NCBI GenBank assembly: GCA_002702965.1
Contig: PADE01000179.1
Coordinates: forward strand, 1 to 49,657
From: Planctomycetaceae bacterium
GTDB lineage: Bacteria > Planctomycetota > Planctomycetia > Pirellulales > Pirellulaceae
Length of the DNA: 49,657 nucleotides
Direction: 5' to 3'
The notes beneath the pieces are model-generated. The model saw only the letters and a list, made by a program, of their open reading frames with translations. It searched no databases and was not told the origin of the DNA. Of this stretch, positions 1 through 9,014 are shown one piece after another. The position numbers and the translations under genes were made by a program. Positions within the stretch are counted from its first letter, which is position 1; every line of letters begins with the position of its first letter.

Positions 1-1787
1 CTCGGCTGGCGTTCGACTTTGATAGAGACCGGCTTGCCGACGTCGTAATCAGGCCGGTCGGTACTCACGACAATCGGCGCGCGCTTTTGTTCCAAGTCGC
101 GCCCGGTCAACCAGCGGACAGTTTGGCTCCAGAAGCGAGAGTACAACGAATCGCTTTGGCCCGCGATCCGCTTCACGCGCGTCCACCTCCATGTCGTGTC
201 GGCGTTAATGACCATCGTCTGTCCCGATCCGTAACGACCGGTCGCAATCACAACTGCGGGTTGATCGTCCATCCGTAAACCGGGGTGAACCGCCAGGATC
301 TCGGCGCCCGCTTTGGCCCGCTGAACGAGGCTCGATCCCAGCAGCGGCGGTGACGTGTGCCACATCGTCTTGTTCTGCACGTGGTCGCTGGCGATGCGAA
401 AGATCGGGTGCAACGCGCCGGCTTCGCTCAATTCCAGTACAAACGGATCTTCGGATTGGCGCACTCCGTCGCCGGCAAAAACGACTGGCAGACAATCGGA
501 CAGGGGCGTACTGATGAAGCCATCCGGACCGAATGAATGATATCCACCCAAGACCAACAGCGAGTGGCTACGATCCTTGTCGGCGCCCGCCTCCTCGTCG
601 CCGATCCCCTGTTCCACCCAACCGATCAGGGTCTGGTATTCGGCTGGGCTCAGATAATCGGCCTCCATGTCGCCGAGGATGACCAGATCGATGTTCTTGA
701 GGACCTCGGGAGTGATCGATACCCGTGGTCCAGTCACCGACGGCCGGTTGGGATTGGTCCGCCGCAGCGCGGTAACCAAGTGAATATCAGGATCGTCGTC
801 CAGGCGCTGGCGGAGAAACTTGTATTCATAGCGCAAGAAGCCTTCGATATAGAGCACGCCGATCGCGTTGGCGTCGACCCGGAGGGGAAAGTGCTTGGAG
901 TTGTTGGCCAGTCCTTTCTCTCCCGACGGGGTAGAAACCCACGCCGTGTAGACGAAATCTCCGGCTTCGTTTGGTTCTAGCTTAATCTGTACGCGTTGTT
1001 GCGTTTGGCCTGCGCCGAGTTCGACCGTAACCGGGTTGGCAGCTTGGTCGACACCACGACGCACCGACACGGTCGCGCTCACGGCGGGACCCGCAGATTT
1101 GCTAACCGTGACCTGCACGTCGGTCTGATTGTTGACCATCACCCGTTGGGGCGCCTGGACGTTGCTCAACTCCAGGTCGAGGCGGGCGGCGTCGGGATCG
1201 CTGCGGAACCCGACCCCGTAAATCGGTACGGAAGACTCTGCCAACTCGACCGTGTCTTCGCGCCCCGTGTTGTCGACGCCATCGCTCACCACGACGACAC
1301 CGACCAGTAGCTGAGATCGCAGTTGGCTGATTACGTTGGTGACAGCGCGCACCAAATCGGTACGTTCCGCACGGGGTTTTTCGGGTAGCGCGTCTCCAAC
1401 CGGTTCACCGGAAATGTCGAACACATCGACTTCCAGCCGCTCGCTGGACTTTCCGTTTTCCATTGTCTGGCGCAACGCGTCGATTCCCTTTTGCGCCTGG
1501 GAATAACGCCCTTCTAGCGACATCGACTCCGAATCGTCGAGGACGACTGCCAGGTGCCCCGGATCGACGAGGTTGTTTTCGGCGGTCCACGTCGGCTTGG
1601 CAAGCGCGACTAGCAGGGCCAACAGCCCCACCGCCCGCAATCCGAGTAACACCCAGGTGAACTTCCGCTGCGTTCGACGGAAGATCTCGCGGTAGGTCCA
1701 AATCATGAACGCCGCGCCAAAGGTCACCATCAGGATCCACAACCAGCCGTTGTGAATGCCCTCGAATTGTAGGGTGGCGAGGATCAT
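1..1787 (-). CDS. Membrane-anchored VWA-like + GATase1-like domain protein, 3' end cut by the window edge (paralog of 10187..12595)
   Basis: Absent from the ORF track because it has no stop in the window. My reverse-complement translation from the ATG at 1785-1787 stays open to base 3: MILATLQFEGIHNGWLWILMVTFGAAFMIWTY... It has two N-terminal TM helices and a MIDAS-like AVVLDDSESM. The blocks GVLYIEGFLRYEYKFLRQRL, TWRWTR and FWSQTVRWL parallel LRVLLIDGFPRWDFRFIKNAI, TWLWRQ and FWGQALRFV in the 802-aa protein. Confidence 0.75.
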   Translation of the reverse strand, partial: MILATLQFEGIHNGWLWILMVTFGAAFMIWTYREIFRRTQRKFTWVLLGLRAVGLLALLVALAKPTWTAENNLVDPGHLAVVLDDSESMSLEGRYSQAQKGIDALRQTMENGKSSERLEVDVFDISGEPVGDALPEKPRAERTDLVRAVTNVISQLRSQLLVGVVVVSDGVDNTGREDTVELAESSVPIYGVGFRSDPDAARLDLELSNVQAPQRVMVNNQTDVQVTVSKSAGPAVSATVSVRRGVDQAANPVTVELGAGQTQQRVQIKLEPNEAGDFVYTAWVSTPSGEKGLANNSKHFPLRVDANAIGVLYIEGFLRYEYKFLRQRLDDDPDIHLVTALRRTNPNRPSVTGPRVSITPEVLKNIDLVILGDMEADYLSPAEYQTLIGWVEQGIGDEEAGADKDRSHSLLVLGGYHSFGPDGFISTPLSDCLPVVFAGDGVRQSEDPFVLELSEAGALHPIFRIASDHVQNKTMWHTSPPLLGSSLVQRAKAGAEILAVHPGLRMDDQPAVVIATGRYGSGQTMVINADTTWRWTRVKRIAGQSDSLYSRFWSQTVRWLTGRDLEQKRAPIVVSTDRPDYDVGKPVSIKVERQP

Positions 1788-1870
1788 CGATTCTCTTGAC
1801 ATCAAAAAGGTATGGACAAGTTGTTTTGAAATCCGTGAGCGAGTTCGTTCTCCCGCGGGCGCGGTTGGTC

Positions 1871-4240
1871 TTAGGCAGAGGCCACCGGTTCCGGCGGTTC
1901 GACCGGCACGTCGGTCGGGCGTGATCCATTTCCCGAAGAGGGTGAACTACCTGTGGACGGTGGAGGAGTGGCAACCGGCGCGGAACTGGGTCGTGGCGTA
2001 GCCTGACGGATCTTGAAGTACCGCAACAGGCTGATGTGGTTGGCGAACCACGGCTCGAAGAGCGCGACGGCGAGCGCTAACATCAACGCCAGATCCCACA
2101 GCTGCAATCCGGTCCGCGCCGTCGCCGACTCCTCGACGATGCGGGTCGGGTCACTGACAAACGAAATCAGCGGCCGTCCGGGAAACAACTGTGTGCTCAG
2201 GCCTTCTTCGATTTGTGCGCGGCGCTCAGACGCATTGGTGGTGCCCGGTGATGCCAGCACGTCATCCAGCAGTTGCAAGTCGGATTCATACGCCTCGAGA
2301 TTGGCGACAAAGTCCTGGCCCTCGCCCTCCTGACCGGGCAGAAACACTGTGTAAACCCCAGGTTGCTCGGTTTCGACAAAGGTCTGCCGGGGCGGCGTGT
2401 CTGCGCTGATTCGCAAGTTGCCGGTGGTTCCGTCGGGTTTGCGAACCAGCCAGGGGGCCACCCCCGTGGTTGCCGCGACCGACACCGAGACATGGTCACC
2501 GGTCTGGTAAAAATTTTGTCGCGCCAGCGGCTCCTGGGCGAGGTATCCGACCAACCGGTAGAGCCAGGGTAAGAACGCTGGCCGCACAGGAAAATTGGTC
2601 CAATCGCGATCACAGGTGCTGGCAAAAACAACCACCTTACCTTGTCCGAAGGAGCGTTCCGAAAGCAGCGGGTGTCCGGTGCTGGTCCGCATCAGCACGT
2701 TGGAGTCGCCCGGCTCGAATTTCCAGAAAGCGCGCAGCGTCACACTGCCCAGGCTACCCCCGTCCTGTTCGTCGAAAGTTGCCAGCACCACATGATTGCT
2801 GTCGAACTCGCCCACCTCGGCGACGGAGGTCTCCGACGCGGGGTCCCCTTCGATTCCCGCCAGCGGTCCAGGCAGCAGGCCGCCGTGCAGACGATTGCCG
2901 CCGACCAGTGACTGGTTGTAGAACGCGGCGTTCGTCTTGTCCCCGAGAAAGAACAGCAGACTTCCTCCCTGGTCGGCGTACTGTTCGAGCTTCTCCAGGC
3001 TGGGGGGCGAAAGCGACTCGACGTTGGCCAGCAGAATCAACTTGTGCGTGCTCAAATCGGTATTCGCAAGATCGTTGGGTTGGGTGACCACGACGTTGAT
3101 CGGACTGCGTTCGGCAGAGCTGGCCGAGAGCGCGGCTTGGAGAAAGAACAGCTCATCGAGGCGGGCCACCGACGACGGAGCGCCGTTGACCGCTAGGACA
3201 CTCACCGCGTCGAGCACTTCGAAGGAGAAGTACCTGCGATCGTCCGCTTCGAGTGCGCTGTCGTTGATTTCGATGTACCCTCGATGCCACCCGCCCGAAT
3301 TAAACGTATGGTGGAATGTGGGTACCGCCCAACGACCTGCCTGGAGCGATGCGACTCGCTGCTGCGCTACTTTTTTCCCGTCGACAACCAAACTGACGTC
3401 GCAGGAAACGACCGCATCACTTTGATTCCGAATGTGTGGTTGAATCGCAAAGGGGATTCCGATCATGGGGCGCGTTGCACCGTACTGGACAGCGGTGACA
3501 GCCAAGTTGTGAGCCGCCTTGGGGCGCACGCTGACAAAAAAGAAATGGGTGTTCAACGTTGAGCTGGGTGGCGCAGCCTGCTCGTCGGGCAATTCCCAAC
3601 CGGTGTCCTGCAGGTCGCTGAAGACGTAGATCTCCTGACTTCCGTCGGCGGAACCCGACTGGACGAGTTGCTCAGCTTGTACCAGTGCGTTGGAGAGATC
3701 GGTGCCCAGTCTGGACTTTCGTACAGCAAACTGGTCAGGCAGGTTGTCGATCACCTGTCTGACGTCGCCGACTTGTGGAGTCGGTTCCCGAAATGGCACC
3801 TCGGGTCCGCTCTCACGGCGGCCCGCGAGGACCAGCGCGGCGCGGTCGCCTTTCTCTAACCCGTTGAGGATCTCTCGGGCCCCGTCGCAGGCCCGCTCAA
3901 GCAAGCTCTGGTCGTTTTCTCGATACCCCATGCTGGCCGAATTGTCGACAACCAGCACCACCGTTCGGCGATTCTGGGAGATCAGAAAGGACCCGGTCCC
4001 GGGACGCACAAAGGGTTGCGCCAACGCCATTGCGAAGAGCGCACAAAGCGCCATCCGAGCCGCCAGCAACAGCAGTTCCTTGAGGCGGCTCATGCGATAC
4101 GACTGCAGAAACTGGTCGGTCAGAAAACGCGTCGTCGAAAAACGGATCTTTTTTGTGCGGCGCGAACGGCTGAGGTGGATGATCAGCGGAATTGCCGCGG
4201 TGGCGATGCCGATCAGATAAAGTGGGTTGAGAAAATCCAT
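1871..4240 (-). CDS. BatA_N (aerotolerance-regulator N-terminal double-TM) + VWA domain protein with C-terminal TM anchor, copy B
   Basis: 789-aa ORF with ATG at 4238-4240. The N-terminus MDFLNPLYLIGIATAAIPLIIHLSRSRR..RFSTTRFL is the BatA_N signature. VWA MIDAS VVLVVDNSASM. C-terminal hydrophobic segment LWDLALMLALAVALF followed by a Pro/Ser-rich tail. Confidence 0.85.
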   Translation of the reverse strand: MDFLNPLYLIGIATAAIPLIIHLSRSRRTKKIRFSTTRFLTDQFLQSYRMSRLKELLLLAARMALCALFAMALAQPFVRPGTGSFLISQNRRTVVLVVDNSASMGYRENDQSLLERACDGAREILNGLEKGDRAALVLAGRRESGPEVPFREPTPQVGDVRQVIDNLPDQFAVRKSRLGTDLSNALVQAEQLVQSGSADGSQEIYVFSDLQDTGWELPDEQAAPPSSTLNTHFFFVSVRPKAAHNLAVTAVQYGATRPMIGIPFAIQPHIRNQSDAVVSCDVSLVVDGKKVAQQRVASLQAGRWAVPTFHHTFNSGGWHRGYIEINDSALEADDRRYFSFEVLDAVSVLAVNGAPSSVARLDELFFLQAALSASSAERSPINVVVTQPNDLANTDLSTHKLILLANVESLSPPSLEKLEQYADQGGSLLFFLGDKTNAAFYNQSLVGGNRLHGGLLPGPLAGIEGDPASETSVAEVGEFDSNHVVLATFDEQDGGSLGSVTLRAFWKFEPGDSNVLMRTSTGHPLLSERSFGQGKVVVFASTCDRDWTNFPVRPAFLPWLYRLVGYLAQEPLARQNFYQTGDHVSVSVAATTGVAPWLVRKPDGTTGNLRISADTPPRQTFVETEQPGVYTVFLPGQEGEGQDFVANLEAYESDLQLLDDVLASPGTTNASERRAQIEEGLSTQLFPGRPLISFVSDPTRIVEESATARTGLQLWDLALMLALAVALFEPWFANHISLLRYFKIRQATPRPSSAPVATPPPSTGSSPSSGNGSRPTDVPVEPPEPVASA

Positions 4241-4357
4241 GGCCGATCCGAGTGCTGTGTGGCGGTGTCGCCAGGGGTATGTTCAATTCTGAAAAATGCG
4301 GTCCGATTGCTCAGAGAATCACATGGGTGTGCGGTGGCACACTACTTTGTCACGCGG

Positions 4358-5263
4358 TCAGCGGCGAATGTTCTGTCTCTTTGCCAGGTAGGCCCCTAGA
4401 TAGGTGCCGATGTCGAGGTTGGTTTCGGCAATCTCGTAATCGATGTTGGCGGCCCGACAACCACCGCGAACGATCTGCAAAAACCGCTCTAGCTCTTCCA
4501 GATAACTGACTCGAAAGGCGCGGGGATCGGAGGTAATCTCGCGTCCCGTTTCCATGTCTTCGATACGGCTGACGTCGTCGAAGGGGAACGTCAATTCGGC
4601 CGGGTCGAGCGTCTGAAAAACAATGACGTCGTGTTTCTTGTGACGGAAGTGTTTGAGTGCCCCGACGAGTTCGTCGGGGTCGTCAAACAAATCGGAGATG
4701 ACGATGACCAGCGAACGGCGTTTGATCGATTCGGCCAATTCGTGCAGCGTGCTGGCGAGGCGGGTCTCACCACCGGGTGTGTGGGTCTCGAGCAATTCCA
4801 TCATCACCCGCAGTTGGCCCGGTCCCTGGCGGGGTGGGACCGTGCTGCGTACCTGATTGTCAAAAGTAATCAGCCCTACCGCGTCGTGCTGCAGCGCGGT
4901 CATATAGGCCAGGCTGGCCGCCAGATAAGAACCGTATTCGAGCTTGGTGAGCGAGCCATCCGAGCGATATCCCATCGAGGCGGATGTGTCCAGCAGCAGG
5001 TAACACCGCATGCTGGTTTCTTCTTCGTACTGTTTGACATACAGCTTGTCGCGTCGCCCGTAAACCCGCCAGTCGATATGTCGCGGGTCGACACCCGGTG
5101 TGTACTCGCGGTGCTCGGCAAATTCGACAGAGAACCCTTTGTGAGGGCTCTTGTGCATTCCGGAGAAAAACCCCTCGACTACCATCCGTGCAGCGAGCGA
5201 TAGGTTCTTGAGCTTTCCGAGCGCAAGCGGGTCGAGGTACTTGTAACGGGTTGCGGTTGCCAT
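4358..5263 (-). CDS. DUF58 (VWA-like) protein, copy B
   Basis: 301 aa with ATG at 5261-5263. Carries the DUF58 hallmark EFAEHREYTPGVDPRHIDWRVYGRRDKLYVKQYEEE and MIDAS-like LLLDTSASMGY. Sits directly downstream of a MoxR ATPase. Confidence 0.9.
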   Translation of the reverse strand: MATATRYKYLDPLALGKLKNLSLAARMVVEGFFSGMHKSPHKGFSVEFAEHREYTPGVDPRHIDWRVYGRRDKLYVKQYEEETSMRCYLLLDTSASMGYRSDGSLTKLEYGSYLAASLAYMTALQHDAVGLITFDNQVRSTVPPRQGPGQLRVMMELLETHTPGGETRLASTLHELAESIKRRSLVIVISDLFDDPDELVGALKHFRHKKHDVIVFQTLDPAELTFPFDDVSRIEDMETGREITSDPRAFRVSYLEELERFLQIVRGGCRAANIDYEIAETNLDIGTYLGAYLAKRQNIRR

Positions 5264-5358
5264 GGAATGTCACTGCCCAGTGAATGAGAAACACGAGGGA
5301 GAGCCGCTTCCAGCTGTCCTCCGAAACGGCGAGGGGCTGGCGCTGACGAACCGATTGC

Positions 5359-6414
5359 TCAGGCGTAACTCTCCTCAGTCGGCGGCTTAACATGGTCAAG
5401 CAGGTACTGCACAATTTGGTCGGGAGAGATCCCTTCGGCTTCGGCGTGAAAATTAGCGACGATCCGGTGGCGTAGCACCATCGGCGCCACCGCGCGGACA
5501 TGCTCGCTGGTCACACGGTAGTCCCCGTTGATTGCCGCCCGAGCCTTGGCGCCGATCACCAAGAATTGGACCGCCCGCGTTCCGGCACCCCAGTTGACGT
5601 TTTCTTTAACGTAACTGGACGCGTCTTCATCTTCGGGTCGCGTGGCACGAGCCAGATCGACCGCGTAATTCCCGACGTGGTCGCTGATTGGCAGACGCCG
5701 CACGATTTGTTGGAGTTCCATGATCTCGGTGCCGGTAAGGACCGAACTCAAATCGACGGTGACATCGGCCGTGGTGGCTTTGGCGATCTGCAACTCCTCT
5801 TCGGGCTTGGGATAGCTGATCCGAATGTCGAACATAAAACGGTCGAGCTGAGCTTCGGGAAGCGGATAGGTACCCTCTTGTTCAATTGGGTTTTGAGTCG
5901 CCAGCACGAAAAAGGGTTGCGGCAATGGATAAGTTTGTCCGCCCACAGTGACCTCGTTCTCCTGCATGGCTTGCAACAGCGCGGCCTGGGTCTTGGGTGG
6001 TGTACGGTTGATCTCGTCCGCCAACAAAATGTTGGCGAATACGGGACCTTTGACAAATCGAAACTCGCGTTTTCCTGTCGATTTGTCTTCTTCGATGATA
6101 TCGGTTCCCGTGATGTCCGAAGGCATCAGGTCCGGGGTGAACTGAATTCGGTTGAAGTCCAATTCGATGGCTTGCGCGATCGTGCTGACCATGAGCGTCT
6201 TGGCAAGTCCGGGAACGCCAATCATCAGGCAGTGTCCCCGCGAAAAGATCGCCGTCAGCAGGTCATCGACGACGTGCTCCTGCCCAATAATGACCTTGGC
6301 GATTTCGTTCTTGAGCTTGCTGCAACTGGCGCCCAGTTTCTGGATCGCGGCCGTGTCGTTTTCGTTGGTTTGCGCGGACTGCATGAGTGGATTGCCAGGG
6401 CTGTCAGTAGACAT
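5359..6414 (-). CDS. MoxR-family AAA+ ATPase, copy B
   Basis: Walker A GVPGLAKT, Walker [24 protein letters not shown], sensor region [24 protein letters not shown] prefer the internal ATG at 6412-6414 (MSTDSPGNP...), which is preceded by GAGGAG, over the track start at 6516. Confidence 0.9.
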   Translation of the reverse strand: MSTDSPGNPLMQSAQTNENDTAAIQKLGASCSKLKNEIAKVIIGQEHVVDDLLTAIFSRGHCLMIGVPGLAKTLMVSTIAQAIELDFNRIQFTPDLMPSDITGTDIIEEDKSTGKREFRFVKGPVFANILLADEINRTPPKTQAALLQAMQENEVTVGGQTYPLPQPFFVLATQNPIEQEGTYPLPEAQLDRFMFDIRISYPKPEEELQIAKATTADVTVDLSSVLTGTEIMELQQIVRRLPISDHVGNYAVDLARATRPEDEDASSYVKENVNWGAGTRAVQFLVIGAKARAAINGDYRVTSEHVRAVAPMVLRHRIVANFHAEAEGISPDQIVQYLLDHVKPPTEESYA

Positions 6415-6564
6415 ACAGAGACTCCTCAATGTTCGCTGAACACGCTTCCAAGCGGTGCGAGGTGTTTGGGGAGAACTCCCCCGGTTCCCGCTTGGGCGGG
6501 TGCTGGTTTGCCACACGCGCCATGATGGCCTTGAACCGTGTCAAGGCCGCCAGCCACCGTTGTT

Positions 6565-6592
6565 GAAAACGATGGCGCTGCCGACGGCGCCA
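6565..6592 (-). terminator. Candidate terminator-like hairpin after the DUF4159 gene
   Basis: On the minus strand, TGGCGC (6592-6587) pairs with GCGCCA (6578-6573) around an 8-nt loop, followed by TCGTTTTC. It starts 28 nt after the stop at 6620-6622. The stem is short and there are only four T, so support is weak. Confidence 0.35.
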
Positions 6593-6619
6593 GTCGAACA
6601 GCCCCCCGAGAAATAAGAA

Positions 6620-8155
6620 TCAGTGTTGCAGCGCGTAGGCCACAACATTCACGGACAATTGTCGGCATGATTCGGCATCAAAGCCGTTGCCAAATGGATC
6701 ACTGACCTGCTTCAGATGCGTCAACATATCATTCTTGGAGTAGACGACCACTAACCGGTCACCGACTGAAATTCCCTCCAGGTCGACCGACCGCGGTGCG
6801 CCACTGCGACGGTCGCGTACGGCTTCGATCTGGAAGAACGATCGATAGAGGTCATGGTCTTGCGGAATCGCGCCCAACTTCTGGTCGGGGAAGAGCTCGC
6901 CCAGCAGAGCGCGGATGTGCTGGTCAAATTCGCGGTACCCGGAACAGTTGTTGATGAACAGGAAACCACCCGCCGCGATGTGTCTCTGCAGTGCCTGTTT
7001 TTGATCTGCGTTAAAACGGGGATTTCGGAACCCGGTCATGAACAGGAACGGGTGATCGGCGATCTTGGGTGCGACTGCATCGACGTATTTCAATTGAAAA
7101 CCGACCGACAGACTGGAGTCCTGAGAGAGGTGGCGAAGCCACTGAAACGTGCTGTTGGGATCCGGATTCCAGTCGCCTTGATGTCGTAACTGCGCAAGTG
7201 AGAAGGCTTGACGCGCGCGATCCGTGGGCGCCGCAACCTGACGCGTGACCGCCTCCACCGCGCCGACTTCGCGCAGCGCTGCCACATAGCTGACGATATT
7301 GAGGCCAAAGCGGATTGCATCGCCGGGGATCAACGCCTTGTCACGGGGGGCGTCGGCGACGCGTTGTTTGGAGGAGGGTGCAATAAACTCATCCCACCCG
7401 CAACTCATGTCGTGGGGAGAGAGGATCACCGCGGTGCGGGTCCCAATGTTCATTCCAAGCAACTCAGGGGGGCCCTGTGTCTGGAAATCGATCCCCTGGT
7501 CGACATCGAAGTAGTGGATGTTCGTGTACGCTCGGTAGGCGCGGAAAATGGGGTGATCGACCTGCAGAAGGTCGAGTGCTCGGTCGGGGAACATCTTGCG
7601 GATTTCTGTACGAAAAGAACTGGTGAAAGCCGGACTCCCGAGGGTCGCATCGCCCAACAGGGTGCCCCCATCGAGCAGATATTGACGCAGCGTGTCGCGC
7701 TGTTCATCGCTCAGTGCAAAAGGCTGGTACCCGGTCAAGTAGAGCATTGGCAATTTCGACGTCTTACCCTGGCGATGGCCGGCGACGAGTTCTTGTAGGT
7801 CGAGGACTTTCCAGCCGTACCACAACCCCAACTCGTAACGGGCGTGACGCATCAAGTTATCCACATCACCCGGATTGGGCATGTAGTCCTGATCTTTGCC
7901 GTAGATCAGCTTGGCCATGAACAGTGGCGGCGCAGGCTCTGCTTTTGGTTCGCTGCGGCGCAGCGGTGTCACCGGCAGTGGCAGCGGTGGAAAGCCCTCG
8001 GCCGACGTTTGCCGTTGAGGATTTTTTCGCGGAGGTGGACCGATGGTACCGACGCGGCGCTGACCGTACAGGGTCGCCGGGGCAACGGTAAAGAACGTCA
8101 ACAGCAGGGTAGTTAAAAGGCGTGCGAAGGCGATTCGGCGTTTCGGGCGGGTCAT
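6620..8155 (-). CDS. Secreted/anchored protein with two tandem DUF4159 (GATase1-like) domains
   Basis: N-terminal signal/anchor RLLTTLLLTFFTVAPATLYG. Two DUF4159-like cores: LPMLYLTGYQPFALSDEQRDTLRQYLLDGGTLLGD and HPFLFMTGFRNPRFNADQKQALQRHIAAGGFLFINNCSG. The track start at 8158 is GTG. The adjacent ATG at 8153-8155 has better spacing from GGAGG. Confidence 0.75.
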   Translation of the reverse strand: MTRPKRRIAFARLLTTLLLTFFTVAPATLYGQRRVGTIGPPPRKNPQRQTSAEGFPPLPLPVTPLRRSEPKAEPAPPLFMAKLIYGKDQDYMPNPGDVDNLMRHARYELGLWYGWKVLDLQELVAGHRQGKTSKLPMLYLTGYQPFALSDEQRDTLRQYLLDGGTLLGDATLGSPAFTSSFRTEIRKMFPDRALDLLQVDHPIFRAYRAYTNIHYFDVDQGIDFQTQGPPELLGMNIGTRTAVILSPHDMSCGWDEFIAPSSKQRVADAPRDKALIPGDAIRFGLNIVSYVAALREVGAVEAVTRQVAAPTDRARQAFSLAQLRHQGDWNPDPNSTFQWLRHLSQDSSLSVGFQLKYVDAVAPKIADHPFLFMTGFRNPRFNADQKQALQRHIAAGGFLFINNCSGYREFDQHIRALLGELFPDQKLGAIPQDHDLYRSFFQIEAVRDRRSGAPRSVDLEGISVGDRLVVVYSKNDMLTHLKQVSDPFGNGFDAESCRQLSVNVVAYALQH

Positions 8156-8185
8156 CACGAGATCCTCCGTTGAACGAGATCTGTG

Positions 8186-9010
8186 TCAATTGTCGGTAGA
8201 GACGGACGATGTGCGCAGCGGGGCTGGCTGCGGGGCGCTACGAAAGTGAATGCCCGGTTTCTGAAGCGGTAGGCGAACGCGACCCAGATCACGCTGAGGC
8301 GCTTCCCGTGTGAGGCGGATGCCTCCCAGGGCGGCGTCGAAAGTGACCGATTTTGCTTGGTAAGCGGTGCGCTGCATACGCTGGCGGTAGAGCACGACGA
8401 ACAGCTCATCCTGGACTTTAACCCAGGTTTCTTCGGGCCGTTCAAAATGCCACAGTTCGGAGCGCCAGATGACTTCTCCCGGCTTCGAATCGAAAAAGGG
8501 CCGGGTTCGCAGTTTGTTGAGGAGGATTGCGGCGTGTTGGATATTTCCCGAGATATTCTTGATCTCGACCACATCTTCAAACTTGTTCATCCGTCGTACT
8601 TTGGTTTTGATCGTCTCCAGATCTTCCTCTGAAAGCGGCTGTTCTTCGACGTAATCCGATGGTGGGACATTTAGGTTGATCCCCTCAAGGAGGCGACCCG
8701 AGGCGAAGTCGATGCGACAGTCGTAGATGCCCTTCAGAGGCAATTGTCCAATCGAGAAAGCGCCGGTCTGCGGGTCGATGGTACCGGGAAACGTGTTTCC
8801 CGAAGCGCGGTGGAGGGCGACCACTTTACGCGCCAGATTGGCTTTACCAGCCTCTTTACCCGCCTCTTTGTCCGGACCGGCCGAGCGCAGTTGGCCGACA
8901 ATCGTGCCCCGGTTGCCCGGAGGAGCACTGTGGACGACCGCTCCCAGAGCCAGCAGGCAGCCCCCAGCCAACAGTGCCCGCCGCGCGGTGGATCGAAGTT
9001 GGAAGGGCAT
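8186..9010 (-). CDS. Hypothetical secreted protein (CarboxypepD_reg-like N-terminal beta domain, orphan C-terminal half)
   Basis: 274 aa with ATG at 9008-9010, only 4 nt after the upstream stop. Signal peptide ALLAGGCLLALGAVVHSA. GTIVGQL...GTIDPQTGAFSIGQLPLKGIYDCRIDF resembles a carboxypeptidase-regulatory-like fold. Contains the short tandem KEAGKEAGKA. Confidence 0.6.
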   Translation of the reverse strand: MPFQLRSTARRALLAGGCLLALGAVVHSAPPGNRGTIVGQLRSAGPDKEAGKEAGKANLARKVVALHRASGNTFPGTIDPQTGAFSIGQLPLKGIYDCRIDFASGRLLEGINLNVPPSDYVEEQPLSEEDLETIKTKVRRMNKFEDVVEIKNISGNIQHAAILLNKLRTRPFFDSKPGEVIWRSELWHFERPEETWVKVQDELFVVLYRQRMQRTAYQAKSVTFDAALGGIRLTREAPQRDLGRVRLPLQKPGIHFRSAPQPAPLRTSSVSTDN

Positions 9011-9014
9011 CCGA

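Noticed and set aside
537-1310. Plus-strand ORFs 537..980 and 996..1310, and minus-strand ORF 1405..1974, at the left end.
   Set aside because: The region is fully explained by the untracked minus-strand gene (1..1787), whose translation is paralogous to the 802-aa protein. The listed ORFs are antisense or out of frame.
5500-6525. 341-aa plus-strand ORF antisense to MoxR-B. Similar ORFs are 20771..21358 and 19605..20264, antisense to module A genes.
   Set aside because: These lie opposite genes with unambiguous AAA+/DUF58 motifs. Their translations are Arg/Gly/Pro/Val-rich with no motifs, and they are typical shadow ORFs of GC-rich DNA.
6539-6544. TTGACA hexamer (gene strand) upstream of MoxR-B, and another at about 19290-19300 upstream of BatA-A, considered as -35 boxes.
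   Set aside because: No acceptable -10 follows at 16-19 nt for the first. The second lies only about 15 nt from the ATG.
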